Assembly: GCA_951406725.2 (NCBI GenBank)
Contig: OX597835.1
Span: forward strand, 16,430,001-16,494,000
DNA length: 64,000 bases
Direction of reading: 5' to 3'
Source of the DNA: Octopus vulgaris
Taxonomy: Eukaryota
Position numbers and translations under genes: made by a program. Position 1 is the stretch's first letter. Each line of letters opens with the position of its first letter. Shown one piece after another: positions 1 to 12,438 of this stretch. The notes beneath the pieces were generated by a model that saw only the letters and a list, made by a program, of their open reading frames with translations, ran no database searches and had not been told where the DNA came from.

Positions 1-397
1 ACCTTCATCATATAGTAATTAACATCGGTATGCAAAATTATATGTAAACATTTACACCAATATATTTACTCAGCAGAATACAATACAATTGTATATTCAA
101 AAATTGATACAAATATAGAAAGCTAATTCATCAGATCACTGAAAACATCATGATTACATCTGTAATATATATCTTATATATATATATATATCTACACACG
201 TTTGTACTTGTAGAAACAGGAGAAAAACATTTGATAGACACAATAGAATTTATTCACTTGCTCACAAGGATACACACTTTCTCCCAATATATGATTCTTT
301 AGATGAGAAAAAGTTCATTATTTGAAGGATTGCACACAGAAAGGGATACTAAGTCACAACAAAGTAACAAAAAGCTTCTAATATATGAATATATATA

Positions 398-627
398 GGC
401 GGCAAGCTGGCAGGATCGTTAGCACGCCAGGTGAAATGCTAAGCAGTATTTCGTTTGCAATTACGTTCTGGGTTCAAATTCTGCCAAGGTCGACCTTGCC
501 TTTCATCCTTTCAGGGTTGATTAAATAAGTACCAGTTTCACTCTGGGGTCGATGTAATCAACAATCCCTTTGTCCTATCTTTGTTTGTCCCTTCTGTGTT
601 TAGCCCCCTGGTGGGCAATAAATAAAT
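398..627 (+). mobile_element. SINE family A (tRNA-like head), full length
   Basis: The GGCGGCAAGCTGGCAG start has an A-box-like region, and GGTTCAAATTC is B-box-like. The central GCCTTTCATCCTTTCAGGGTTGAT..AAGTACCAG block and the AATAAA tail recur in many copies in the window. Confidence 0.85.
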
Positions 628-647
628 AAATGATCGCGGAGTGGACT

Positions 648-808
648 ACACTCGCGGAGTGGTTGGCGTTAGGAAGGGCATCCAGCTGTAGAAACTCTGC
701 CAGATCAGACTGGAGCCTGGTGCAGCCCCTGGCTTCCCAGACCCCGGTCGAACCGTCCAACCCGTGCTAGCGCGGAAAACGGACGTTAAATGATGATGAT
801 GATGATGA
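648..808 (+). mobile_element. Retroposon family C, 3' part ending in (GAT)n
   Basis: GGAGTGGTTGGCGTTAGGAAGGGCATCCAGCTGTAG...AACGGACGTTAAA(TGA)n, repeated many times in the window. An RTE-like 3' tail is inferred. Confidence 0.75.
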
Positions 809-810
809 TA

Positions 811-1036
811 TATACACAACTTATAAATAAGGGCAAACGAAAACATTTCTAATGCCAAATATGCCGAAAATTGGATATATTGTCCATCATTATCATATAA
901 ATTTTCACAATACGCAATCTACTTGAAGTAGCATGCGTATTGTAAAAAATTATATGGTAATGGACAATATGTCCAATTTTCAGCATATTTGGCATTAGAA
1001 ATTTTTTCGTTTGCCCTTATTTATAAGTTGTTTATA
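811..1036. repeat. ~225-bp imperfect foldback (long inverted repeat), MITE-like
   Basis: ACAACTTATAAATAAGGGCAAACGAAAA at 816 pairs with TTTTCGTTTGCCCTTATTTATAAGTTGT ending 1031. Pairing continues to a CTACT-TGA-AGTAG apex near 919-931. Confidence 0.9.
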
Positions 1037-1110
1037 ATTTTAACCTTTAAAGGTATTTTTTAATATGCTGGCCATTGATAAAATTTCTTTTCGAAAAAAT
1101 TTTATCCTAC

Positions 1111-1165
<55 letters not shown>

Positions 1166-1592
1166 CAAATAAGATGACAAAGAAAGAGTTTATCACATTT
1201 TTAATGACCAGTTGCGTGTGTGTGTGTCTGTGTGTAGTTTCTGCTGTATTTCCATTCTCTGCAGCAACTGAAATTCAAATACAATGGAATTCATTTTGAA
1301 TTTTAGCTGTATTAAAACATGGACAGCAATTAAGTGAAGTCAAAGCTTCAAATGAAAATGAATATGTACACAACACAAATATAAATGCAAAAACCTCAAA
1401 ATTATGTTAACTCATTACAGGGGGCCTACTGAAAGAGATGACATAGGTGGTTCAAAGTAAACTTCTTTTTTTTTTATCTAAGAGTTTCTAAATTCAATAT
1501 TCTGCATGCTATTATTTATATTTTTACCTACTCTGAATTTCACAATAAATTTTTTTTTAAATGATAATTTACTAAGTTAATTTAATTTAACA

Positions 1593-1818
1593 CAGTGGTT
1601 CTCAACAGGGGTCCGTATAAGATTTTGCTATTAAAGTTTATGAGCAATAAATAGGTTATACATCTGTAGTACACAAAATATCTAAATTATTTTTTATAAA
1701 ATTCCTAATAATATTCAATTATGAAAATAGAAATTTTTTTTTCAACATGGGGGTCCAGTAGAGTAAAATAAGAATTAAAGGGGTCCATAGGCAAAAAAAA
1801 AATGGTCGAGAACCACTG
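1593..1818. mobile_element. hAT/Charlie-type MITE
   Basis: TIRs CAGTGGTTCTCAAC / GTCGAGAACCACTG. Flanks ATTTAACA / ATTTAGGG are a partly decayed 8-bp TSD. Related copies at 21919 and 55140. Confidence 0.75.
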
Positions 1819-2469
1819 ATTTAGGGTTAGTGTAAGGGTTAAACAGATGGTGCACTGACGTTTGTTGGTGGTTTACAAGAAGTGTCCAAGGAAGAATATA
1901 TCTAATATTTTCTTGTAATTGATGTTAGGCCAACTTGATCACGACTGATATGATGTTAAACAACAAAGATATTCCATCCATGACCATTGCATCATTTTCC
2001 AAGTAAATTCTAACTAGGTCTACGTAAGATCATGCATATTCCACATTTCAGAATAGCAAGGTGGAAATTGAGGGTAATTTTGCTGCGAGTTCCAGCAAGT
2101 TGAAAGACCATAGAGGAGAATCTTTCATTGGCCTAATTAGTGAAGCACTTCTAAGAAAAAGAGAGGGAAAAAAGCGAAGAAAAAAAACAAAAAACAAGAG
2201 TAATTTCAGAATCAGCTTGGCTTCTAGATGCGACCAAGATAAATTTGATAGCAGAATACCAAATTTATGTGACCACAGAGACTTACACCAACTGATACCA
2301 ATCGTTTGAATATCAGATCTGTTAAATATTTTATATTTCCTCCTTAAACTTATCATTAAAATATGAAATCAATTACAAACAGATGTTTTCAGAATGACTG
2401 GAAGAATATATATATATGTAAAAACACACAAGCATTAAATAATATATACGTATAAAAAAAACATAAGTA

Positions 2470-2637
2470 TTACATACATATATATCTATATATATATATA
2501 CATATATGTATGTATACATACATATATATCTATATATATATATATATACATATATGTATACATACATATATGTATATATATATATATATATACATATATG
2601 TATACATACATACATATATATATACATATATGTATAC

Positions 2638-2670
<33 letters not shown>

Positions 2671-2775
2671 CATACATATATATACATATATGTATACATA
2701 CATATATATATATATACATATATGTATACATACATATATATATACATACATATATATATATATATACATATATGT

Positions 2776-2807
<32 letters not shown>

Positions 2808-2911
2808 GTATACATACATACATATATATATATACATATATGTATACATACATATATATATATACATATATGTATACATACATACATATATATATATACA
2901 TACATATATGT

Positions 2912-2944
<33 letters not shown>

Positions 2945-2981
2945 CATACATATATGTATACATACATACATGTATATATAT

Positions 2982-3012
<31 letters not shown>

Positions 3013-3645
3013 CATACATGTATACATACATACATATATACATACATACATATATATATATATATACATACATGTATACATACATATATATATATATATA
3101 TATACATATATGTATACATACATACATATATATATATACATACATATATACATATATACATACATACATGTATACATACATACATATATATATATACATA
3201 CATATATACATACATACATACATATATATATATACACATACATGTATACATATATATATATATATACACATACATGTATACATACATGTATACATACATA
3301 CATACATATGTATATATATATATATATACACATATATGTATACATACATACATACATATATATATACATACATGTATACATACATACATACATATATATA
3401 TATACATATATGTATACATACATACATACATGTATACATACATACTATATACATATATGTATACATACATACATACCTATATACATATATGTATACATAC
3501 ATACATATATATATATATATACATATATGTATGTATACATATATATCTATATATATATATATACATATATGTATGTATATACATACATACATACATATAT
3601 ACCTATATATATATATATATATATGTATATACATACATACATACT
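2470..3645. repeat. Giant compound (TA)/(TACA)/(TATG) microsatellite
   Basis: About 1.2 kb of almost unbroken purine-pyrimidine alternation. It is the source of the spurious 300-450 aa Y/I/H/T/M/C ORFs. Confidence 0.97.
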
Positions 3646-4104
3646 TACATATAGTTGCACATTCATTTTGTCTCAGGTTTTATATACTTATGGCAATGAG
3701 CATGTGATATATTCATATAAATATCTTGCAAAGATGAATCTATTGGTGGGGTTGTTGTTGTTGGTGGTGGTGGTGGAGACAGTAGTAGAGACTGTTACAC
3801 TAAAAGGTATATGCATCAACAAGACTGCATGGCTACTCAGAATAAACAACACCGTATTTTGCCACAGCTACATTTTCATTATTTAAGGTTAAAATACATT
3901 TGATGTGACGTATAAAGACACAAAAGGAGTCTAAAAAAGTTTATTACAAAAGAACTACAAAAGTAAATAAAATGAGATCTAGTTGCTACAGACCATCTAT
4001 GCTTTTGAAGTGTCAGAGAACAGGGGGTTTTATGTGGGGGGCACTGTCATTTTACTCTAAATGTTTTCCCTTGACTAGGGGACCTTCTCTTGCTTTTTTT
4101 TTTT

Positions 4105-4296
4105 TTTTTTACTTGTTTCAGTCATTGGACTGCAGCAATGCTGGAGCACCGCCTATAGTCAAGCAAATCGACCCCGGGACTTATTCTTTGTAAGCCCAGT
4201 ACTTATTCTATCGGTCGCTTTTGCTGAACCGCTAAGTGACGGGGACATAAACACACCAGCATCGGTTGTCAAGCAATGCTAGGGGGACAAACACAG

Positions 4297-4329
<33 letters not shown>

Positions 4330-4488
4330 CACAACAGGCTTCTTTCAGTTTCCATCTACCAAAATCCACTCACAAGGCATTGGTCGGCCCGGGTCTATAG
4401 CAGAAGACGCTTGCCCAAGATGCCACGCAGTGGGACTGAACCCAGAACCATGTGGTTGGTTAGCAAGCTACTTACCACACAGCCACTC
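4105..4488 (-). mobile_element. SINE family B (tRNA head, CORE-like segment, internal microsatellite)
   Basis: The reverse complement reads GAGTGGCTGTGTGGTAAGTAGC...GGTTCAGTCCC...TCTTGGGCAAG...(TA)n(TG)n...GACTGAAACAAGTAAAA and matches the copies at 30175 and 39306. Confidence 0.85.
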
Positions 4489-5035
4489 ATATTGTATTTT
4501 TTTGTTTTTTCCTTTTTTATTTGATCTAAACCTCCATTTTGTTTTCTTTGTATTTTGGGGGAATTGGTAGAATTATTAGAACCTTGTGATAGTTTTTTCT
4601 TCTGACTCTTTACATTCCAAGTTCAAACCCTGCCAAGGTCAACTTTGCCTTTGCAGCCTTTCAAATACTACTGCAGTTGATGCCATCAAAAAACCCCTTC
4701 TCTTATGGGGAAATATTACCTTGCTTGGAAATAGGTCAAGGTTGGCAGCAGAAAGGTATCTAACTATAAAAAATCTGCCTCAAAGAGTTCTGTCTGATCC
4801 ATGCAAACATAGAAAAGCAGATATTGAAACAATGATAATGAAGATGATATATATATATATATTATAAACTGTGAAAATGATGGTAATTATAACTGTGATG
4901 CCCCAGCATGGCCAGAATTGAATGACGAAGCATAAGGGAGGACAGAAACTTCAATAATTATCAGAACAGTAACAACACTCAAATAGTAATTATTATTTTG
5001 AATATAGGTATAAAGCCATATATTTTAGAAGACTG

Positions 5036-5266
5036 AGGCGGCGAGCTGGCAGAAACGTTAGCATGCCGGGGAAAATGCGTAAGCCGTATTTCGTCTATTG
5101 TTACGTTCTGAGTTCAAATTCCGCCGAGGTCAACTTTGCCTTTCATCCTCTCGGGGTCGATAAATTACGTACCAGTTTCGCACTGGGTCGATGTAATCGA
5201 CTCAATCTCTTTGTCTGTCCTTGTTTGTCCCCTCTATGTTTAGCCCCTTGTGGGTAGTAAAGAAAT
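5036..5266 (+). mobile_element. SINE family A, young copy with TSD
   Basis: CpG-rich near-consensus copy. ATATATTTTAGAAGA is duplicated at ~5018 and ~5267. Confidence 0.9.
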
Positions 5267-5479
5267 ATATATTTTAGAAGATATGGTGGTGGTAGTGGTG
5301 AGAGTTGATTATGTCTGCCCAGTACTTCACCTGTTTTATCAACACTGGTAGGACGGAAAGCGAAGTTGATCTAGGTGAGAATTGAACTCAAGGCTTAAGA
5401 GGACATAGCTGACTACTACAATGTATTTTTGTTCAGTACCCCACCAATTCTACCATCTACCATAATTCAACAAAATGCA

Positions 5480-5740
5480 GATGGGTCCTCTGTGTGATCA
5501 ATGAGCATGCTAGAAATAGATATCAAATCTCTTTCATACTCCATCAGACTAGTTACAGACAAAAAAAAAAGTCACGCTGGATAATATATTCATAGTATAC
5601 TATGTTGGTGGGAAGGAAATGCGAAGGGAAATAGGTTTGATAGTGACAAGTAAGACATTTTTGATGGCAGGTCTATCTGCTTAATCAGGGTTGATCTGAG
5701 ACTGATGGAGGTGTGTGTGTGTGGGGGGGGTCTAACAACA
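5480..5740 (+). mobile_element. Family F repeat (CAA-tailed, retroposon-like), diverged
   Basis: GCTAGAAATAG..AAATCT...GATAAT...ATCAGGGTTGA...TAACAACA, similar to ~13070-13400, 38170-38345, 46555-47220 and 51440-51650. Confidence 0.55.
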
Positions 5741-5931
5741 GAATGATTTCTGAGATTGGCACAAGGCTACAAAGTTTGAAAAAAAAGGGAGGGTTGATGT
5801 GGGTAGAGACAGTCGAGTTCAGCCTAGAATATTATTGGTACTTTAAGTTACCAATGTTGGAGTGACTGAAGCACAGAAAAGACTGCTTACTCTCTTAATT
5901 CTGATATTATCCCACTTTCCATTATTGAAAA

Positions 5932-6317
5932 CTAGCAGTATCGCCCGGCGTTGCTCAGGTTTGTAAGGTAAATAACTATAAAGCATTTTTAGAGAGTTAT
6001 AGCCAAAAAATAGCAAAAAAATGGGGGGAAAATGATGGTAAATTTTTTTTTGAGATTTAAAAAAGGTGGAGTTGCGTCCCCTAGACAGTTTGTGGTTCGT
6101 GTTTCTGATTCTCGACCCCATGTCGAATTTATCGATTTTTTTCAGAACTGGGGGAACTTTTCAAAATTTTCGCTGCGTTAGTTTTGAATTATGACATTGG
6201 GCTATGTGTGTGTCAAGTTTCATCAGAATCGGTTGAAAGCCGTGGTCAGGGTGAGGGTACAAGCAAACAGACACACAGAAACACGCACAGACAAACTGCC
6301 GTTTATATATAGAGAGA
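5932..6317 (-). mobile_element. Non-autonomous Helitron
   Basis: On the minus strand it starts TCTCTCTATATATAAA and ends CTAG, with a subterminal GC-rich hairpin-like CCTGAGCAACGCCGGG. It is inserted between A and T with no TSD. The 3' ~130 bp are shared with 33939-34336. Confidence 0.8.
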
Positions 6318-6331
6318 TGATTTATAGGTAC

Positions 6332-6473
6332 ATTCACGGAGTGGTTGGCGTTAGGAAGGGCATCCAGCTGTAGACACACTGCCAGATCTGACTGACCTGG
6401 TGCAGCCTTCGGGCTTCCCAGACCCCAGTTGAACTGTCAAACCCATGCTAGCATGGAAAGCGGATGATGATGA
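6332..6473 (+). mobile_element. Family C 3' part
   Basis: GGAGTGGTTGGCGTTAGGAAGGGCATCC...GATGATGATG. Confidence 0.75.
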
Positions 6474-6541
6474 ACTCAATTTACATCGTTTTGAGTCACA
6501 TCTTTTTCGACTTTATAACTGTTTTTTTTTTATCTATTTAA

Positions 6542-6756
6542 CCCTTTAGCATTCACATTATTGTCAAAAGTAATGCTTATTTATTCGCGTCTTTAATCAA
6601 ACATGCATTGTCTTGTAGCTTTGAGATTTTGATGAGGTAACTGATAAATTTTAGGATGGTATTGGAGGGTAGGTGTGAGAGGCTACATCTGGCCAGCTGA
6701 AACAGGAAACAGGTAGAATATTTGGGCCAGATATGGCCGGTTTAAATACTAAATGG
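6542..6756 (+). mobile_element. piggyBac-type MITE, family 2 (diverged)
   Basis: Left end TTAA-CCCTTTAGCATT with a degenerate right end AATACTAAATGG. Homologous to 22500-22704 (minus) and 48860-49190. Confidence 0.55.
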
Positions 6757-6900
6757 CTAAAGAAATAAACCTCAACTTCAGTTGTTTTATCAGATTCTAC
6801 ATTGCTCTCAGCGAACACATCTAAAAGCCTAAATATTACCAAAAAAAAAAACACACCTAAAAACCAGTATTGAAGTGGAGAAGATGAAAAAAAATACATA

Positions 6901-7260
6901 TGCGTGGCACCTTAGGCAAGTGTCTTCTACTATAGCCTCGGGTCGACCAAAGACTTGAGAGTGGATTTGGTAGACGGAAACTGAAAGAAGCCCGTCGTAT
7001 ATATGTATATATATATATATATGCGTGTGTGTGTTTGTGTGTCTGTGTTTGTCCCCCTAGCATTGCTTGACAACCGATGCTGGTGTGTTTATGTCCCCGT
7101 TACTTAGCGGTTCGGCAAAAGAGACCGATAGAATAAGTACTGGGCTTACAAAAAAAGAATAAGTCCCGGGGTTGAGTTGCTCAATTAAAGGCGATGCTCC
7201 AGCATGGCCGCAGTCATATGACTGAAACAAGTAAAAAAAAAAAAATAAAAAAAAAAAAAA
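6901..7260 (+). mobile_element. SINE family B, 5' truncated
   Basis: Begins at TGCGTGGCACC and ends GACTGAAACAAGT-polyA. Confidence 0.85.
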
Positions 7261-8657
7261 ACATTTATTAAGACAGATAGAAGCTAATAAATTTTTTGAA
7301 ATGATTTTTCATGTTACGTGTGGTTTTTCGAGTCAGGTCACATTTCTTGGGGGACCAGTTTACTGACGCAAGCAAGCTAAGGTATGTACGCCTGTATGTT
7401 TTTCGGGGACAAACACTTAGGACTGGGTTGCGCAACTAGGTCAACACTTGTAGCGACAGGAAGATGGAGTGACACAGGGTATACAGGTAGATGGGTGGGT
7501 GGTTGGAATAATTGAAATATCAGTTACAATGCTTATTAGAACAATAAGGAAATATTTTAAAAAGGTGCGACTCAGTGAAAATAATGACAATATGGTGAGG
7601 TTTCTTTCTCCATAACTAAGTCTTTTTATACATTTATAATGCATTTCTGATTTTTCATCTTATTTTTATTTATTTATTTATTTCTCAACAACACACACCA
7701 AAACTGTAAAGGACATATTGAGATAAAACAAAACAATGAAACAAAAGCTACTTACAGTGGGGGGTGGGGGTAGGTATGAAAGGGAAGTGGTGGTGGTGGT
7801 GGGGGGGTGTTTGTTGCTAAATATTGTGTTTTTGTGTTTTTCTTTCTTTTCTGGTTTTTTTTTTTTTTTTTTTTTTTTTATATATATATGACTATTAATA
7901 CCACCAACCTAACACCTAACTAAGCAGCTTTTCTATTTTATTTCCTCCATTGATAAATTCTTATCAGAATTAAAAGGAAAAAGAGAGGTGAGGTTTGTTG
8001 CGGAGAAGCGGAGTAGGAGAAGGAGAAGGAAGGGAAGTAGGAGGAGAGAGAGAGAGAGAGAGAGAGAAAGAAAAAAAGAGAGAGAGTAAAACAGTAAAGG
8101 TGTTATAACAGAAAGCAAATTTCTTCAGAAATATGTTGAAAAGAGGCGGTGTGGAGGGAAGAGGCAGCTTGGACATATTATTGTTATCTGAGATGGCTAC
8201 TGGTGTTTTTAAACACAACATCTGCTTCAGGTTGCACTCAGTCTGGTCATGAAGAAGAACAACTCGAGCTGAAGCCGTTCTCATTGGCTATTTGCAAGCA
8301 ATCAAGCTTCAGCCATTGGTTATCACAACAGCACTGGCCAGAGTGGCAATCTCTTGTAGGTCAATAAAAATGTCCATCCACCTGGTAGTGGTGGATTTTT
8401 TTTTTTTTGTATAGGATAAGTTAGTTCAATACTAACCTACCGATTATCTTCTATCGAGATAGCATCACTGAATTATTTAATCTCTAAACAATTCTATTTT
8501 TCTGTGACAATTTATGTACGATGTTGCATATATATATTTGCTTAATGAGTCATCCACCATTGCTGTGCATTCATATAGATGTGTTCTTTTATTTATTTTC
8601 TTTAGCCGGTTTCAGGTATTAGATTGTGACCATACTGGAACATCACCTTGTGTTGAG

Positions 8658-8693
<36 letters not shown>

Positions 8694-8695
<2 letters not shown>

Positions 8696-8881
8696 ATCCA
8701 AACAAGAAAGCACAAAAAAACACAACAACGCGAGGACGTGGAACAAATATAGTATTATTGGACACTCAGGAAAGAAGGAGGGTTTAACGTTTCGAGCGGA
8801 GCTCTTCATCGGAAACATAGAAGGAAAGATCCAGAGAAGGGAAGACAGAGGAAAACAATTGCCAACGGTACACACGCGGTC

Positions 8882-8882
<1 letters not shown>
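8694..8882 (-). mobile_element. (TA)n-embedded ~190-bp element with minimal hammerhead-like motif (Penelope pseudo-LTR / retrozyme-like)
   Basis: Minus strand 8816-8782 reads GTTT-CCGATGA-A-GAGC-TCC-GCTC-GAAA-CG-TT-AAAC. A near-identical copy lies at 61186-61366. Flanked by (TA)n on both sides. Confidence 0.65.
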
Positions 8883-8922
<40 letters not shown>

Positions 8923-8980
8923 CATATATATATACATATATATACATACATACATACACAGACACCCGCATACATATACG

Positions 8981-9131
8981 GGTGTGTGGCTAAGAAGCTT
9001 GCTTTCCAGCCACATGGTTCCGGGTTCAGTTCCATTATGAGGCCCCATTTGGACAAGCGTCTTCTACTATAGCCTCATGCCGACCAAACCCTTCTGAGTG
9101 GACTTGGTAGACAGAAACTGAAAGAAGCCCA
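8981..9131 (+). mobile_element. SINE family B, 5' fragment
   Basis: GTGTGGCTAAGAAGCTTGC...GGTTCAGT...ACTGAAAGAAGCCC. Confidence 0.7.
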
Positions 9132-9134
9132 CTA

Positions 9135-9285
9135 GCTACTAAAGCTTTCTTTTTTTATTTTCTCATGTTCCTTTCTGAAATGTAAAAGGCTTGAAATGTA
9201 AAAGACTTTCTCATCTTCCCGAATGTTAAACTAATACACCTGTTTGTTGTTTACACATCTGTCTTTGTTTTTTGTAAATTCCAAA
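9135..9285 (+). mobile_element. Degenerate relative of the 10305 hammerhead-like element
   Basis: CTTTCTG..GGCTTGAAATGTAAAAGACTT...CTAATAC...TGTTTGTTG...GTCTTTGTTT parallels 10357-10480 and is followed by (TA)n. Confidence 0.5.
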
Positions 9286-9299
9286 TATATATATATATC

Positions 9300-9682
9300 T
9301 TCTTTTATTCTTTTATTTGTTTCAGTCATTTGGTTGCAGCTTTGCTGGAGCACCACCTTTTAGTCGAACAAATCAACACCAAGCCTTATTCTTTGTAAGC
9401 CTAGTACTTATTCTATTGGTCTCTTTTGCCAAATTGCTAAGTTACAGGGATGTAGACACATCGACATTGGTTGTCAAGCGATGACAGGGGGACAAACACA
9501 GACACACACACACATATATATATATACTACAAGTTTCTTTGAGTTTCTGTCTACCAAGTCCACGCACAAGGTTTTGGTCGGCCCAAAGCTATAGTAGAAG
9601 ACACTTGCCCAAGGAGCCACGCAGTGGGATTGAACTCAAAACCATGTGGTTAGGAAGCAAGCTTCTTACCACACAGCCATGC
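9300..9682 (-). mobile_element. SINE family B, diverged full length
   Basis: Reverse-complement match to family B head, internal microsatellite and tail. Confidence 0.8.
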
Positions 9683-9699
9683 CAATAGATCAGATACAT

Positions 9700-9935
9700 G
9701 TGTGTGCGTGTGTGTCTTTGTCCCCCCCACCACCACCACACACACTACTTGACAACTGGTGTTGGTGTGTGTATGTCCACATGACTTAACAATTCAACAA
9801 ATGAGACTGCTTGAATAAGTACCAGGCTTTAAAAATATATGAGTGCTAGGATCGATGCATTTGACTCAAAATTCTTCAAGGCAGTGGCCCAGCATGGCCA
9901 CAGTCAAATGACTGAAACAAATGAATAAAAAGATA
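9700..9935 (+). mobile_element. SINE family B, 3' half
   Basis: TTTGTCCCC...TTGACAACTGGTG...CAGCATGGCCACAGTCAAATGACTGAAACA. Confidence 0.7.
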
Positions 9936-10304
9936 AAAAAGGAAAAGGTTTCACAAATATGATCAAATAAAAACCTGTTTTGTCTCACATTATCTAGGCC
10001 AGAACAAGGAAATACAAAAAACAACAAAAGAAAAAAGTACAATAAAGAACAAAAGAATATTTGAACTTTCCTCCAAAATCTGAAAATGTCAGTTTTCAAA
10101 ATGCTCCAACTTGAAAAATGCTGAGTCCGTGTCAGATGGGAATATAAAACGTTCAACAGAGAGAACGAGAGAAACCATTTATCTGAGACAATAGACATGG
10201 TGTGTCCAGTTTGCCTGAGTACACAGATTTAACTACACATCTGTGTATGTGTGTATACACATTTAGAGTTAACTTCACAACTGTGAACAGAACAGTAAAC
10301 TTGA

Positions 10305-10493
10305 TTCGCTAGCTTCTGCACGCATTTTTTTTCTCTCCTTGTTTCTTTTCCGTGTATCTTTCTGTTGAAGAGCGTAGGCTCGAAACGTAAAAGACTTGTT
10401 TTATTTATATTCCTGAGCGCCATACTAATACAATTGTTTGTTTGTATTCCACCTGCCTTTGTCTTTTGTTTATTTTCATAAAGCTTCCCGTTA
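10305..10493 (+). mobile_element. ~190-bp element with minimal hammerhead-like motif
   Basis: 10357-10394 reads TCTTT-CTGTTGA-A-GAGC-GTAG-GCTC-GAAA-CG-TA-AAAGA. The downstream TTCCTGAGCG block is shared with the 8694 family. Followed by TA/CA microsatellite. Confidence 0.65.
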
Positions 10494-11589
10494 CATATAT
10501 GCATATATACACACACATGTATATATACATGCATATACATATATATATATATATACATACACATATATATACACACATATACATACACATATATATACAC
10601 ACGTACATACACATATATATATATATATACATACATATATCTATCTATGTACATATGTGTATATATTTTTGTACTTATGTGTGTGTGTATGTGTACACAT
10701 TTAGATTTAACTTTATAACTGTGCTTGCATATCTATTTGTGTGTATATGTATTTGTTTAAGTGTATATATACAGGTGTGCATGTCTGTGTGTGTGTGTGT
10801 GTGTGTAAGTGTACACATTTAGATTTAACTATACAACTGTATGTGCATGTATGTATATATATATATGTACGTGTGACTATGTGTGCGCACGTGCATGTAT
10901 CCACATACATGTATGACTGTGCATGTGTGTGTATATATGTCTGTGTGTACACATATAGATTTAACAACAAAACTGTGTGTATGCATTTTACCTGCGCAAG
11001 TGTGTGCTTGTGACTGTTCCATCCATTACATCACGATTGAATGAATGGCCTGTCACAGCTGGATGGTTGTCTCTCCCTACCGCTGGCTGACCACTCAAGT
11101 GTGGAAGAGGAAGGGGAGGAGGAGAGGGAGGCAGGGGAGATGTGGAACCCTCGTTTCTTTGTCAGGCAAACTGGAGTAAGCAAAGTTATATGACCCCTGC
11201 TCAGCAATGCCAACAGCTTATAGAGTTAGGAAGGGATGATATTCGTGTAATACGATATTACTGGTGCATGCATGTGTGTGCACGCGTGTATTTCTAAAAC
11301 ACTGCGTTATAATAAAAAAATTCATCAAATATATAAATAAAGATAACATTCACTATTTTAAGATTAATTCCTACAAATGCTTAAGCTGTTCATCAGCTAC
11401 ATGAATTTCATCGGAATGGGAGAAGACCCACAAAGGTTATGGGTATTATATATCCTATCCTCACACACACACACACACACACATATAGTATATAAATATA
11501 TAGTATATAAATACATAACATATCATTTATCTCTCACTTGATAGAGTACCTTTTTGTTGATCTTACCTTAACAGAACAGTAAACTACAT

Positions 11590-12005
11590 ATATGCATATA
11601 CACACACACACACACACACATACATATACATACATATACACATACATATATATGCACATATACATATATATGCACCTATATATATATATACACATACACA
11701 TATATATACACATATATATATATACATACACATATATGCACACACACACACATATATATACATATATACACACACACACATATACACATATATACACACA
11801 CACATATACACATATATACACACACACATATACACATGTATATGTATACATATACTCATATATATAAAATATAAATATATATCTAAATATATACATATAA
11901 ATATATTGAGATATATATCTAAATCTAAATATATATATATATATATATAAATATGTATCTAAATATAAATATATATCTAAACATATATATAAATATATAC
12001 ACACC
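11590..12005. repeat. Compound (CA)/(TA) microsatellite
   Basis: Direct inspection. Confidence 0.95.
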
Positions 12006-12069
12006 CACACACAAATAAGGATAGATAGGAAATAATCATTGAATCGATCAGATTATTGGATGTTGTTAT

Positions 12070-12320
12070 CCACTGCTAGTCACAATGTGCTTCCTTGCAT
12101 TATTGTGGCTTTCAAATGATGCCACCTCGCTGGCTAGGCAGGCGGGCAGGCTTATATTGCCCCCAAAACGGAATGCCAATTCATTGCAGGATTACCCATT
12201 TACAGCCGAGTGGGCTGGAGCAATCGGAAATGAAGTGTCTTGCTCAAGAATACAATGCACCACCAGTTTGGAAATCGAAACCATTACTATGTGATCACGA
12301 GTGGAACACTCTAACCATTA
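12070..12320 (-). mobile_element. SINE family E (tRNA head + CORE-like domain) carrying tail 2
   Basis: Minus strand: TAATGGTTAGAGTG..GGTTTCGATTTCC..TTCTTGAGCAAGACACTT..GCTCCAGCCCACTCGGCTG, then CTAGCCAGCGAGGTGGCATCATTTGAAAGC, as in the tail of the 13623 copy. Confidence 0.65.
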
Positions 12321-12386
12321 TGTGTGTGTGTGGGTGGATGTCATCATCGTCTTTTAATGTCTGCTGTCCATGATGACATAGGTTGG

Positions 12387-12438
<52 letters not shown>

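Noticed and set aside
1819-1842. TTAGGG telomere-like repeats
   Set aside because: Only one perfect unit plus degenerate neighbours, partly overlapping the MITE target site.
2048-2356. 82-102 aa ORFs on both strands
   Set aside because: The basic or hydrophobic stretch comes from a poly-A/GA tract. No recognisable domain or convincing splice pair.
2373-3886. Overlapping 300-460 aa ORFs on both strands (also at 14-15 kb, 26 kb, 31 kb and 58-62 kb)
   Set aside because: Alternating purine-pyrimidine microsatellites cannot form stop codons, so these are low-complexity Y/I/H/T/M/C/V translations and not genes.
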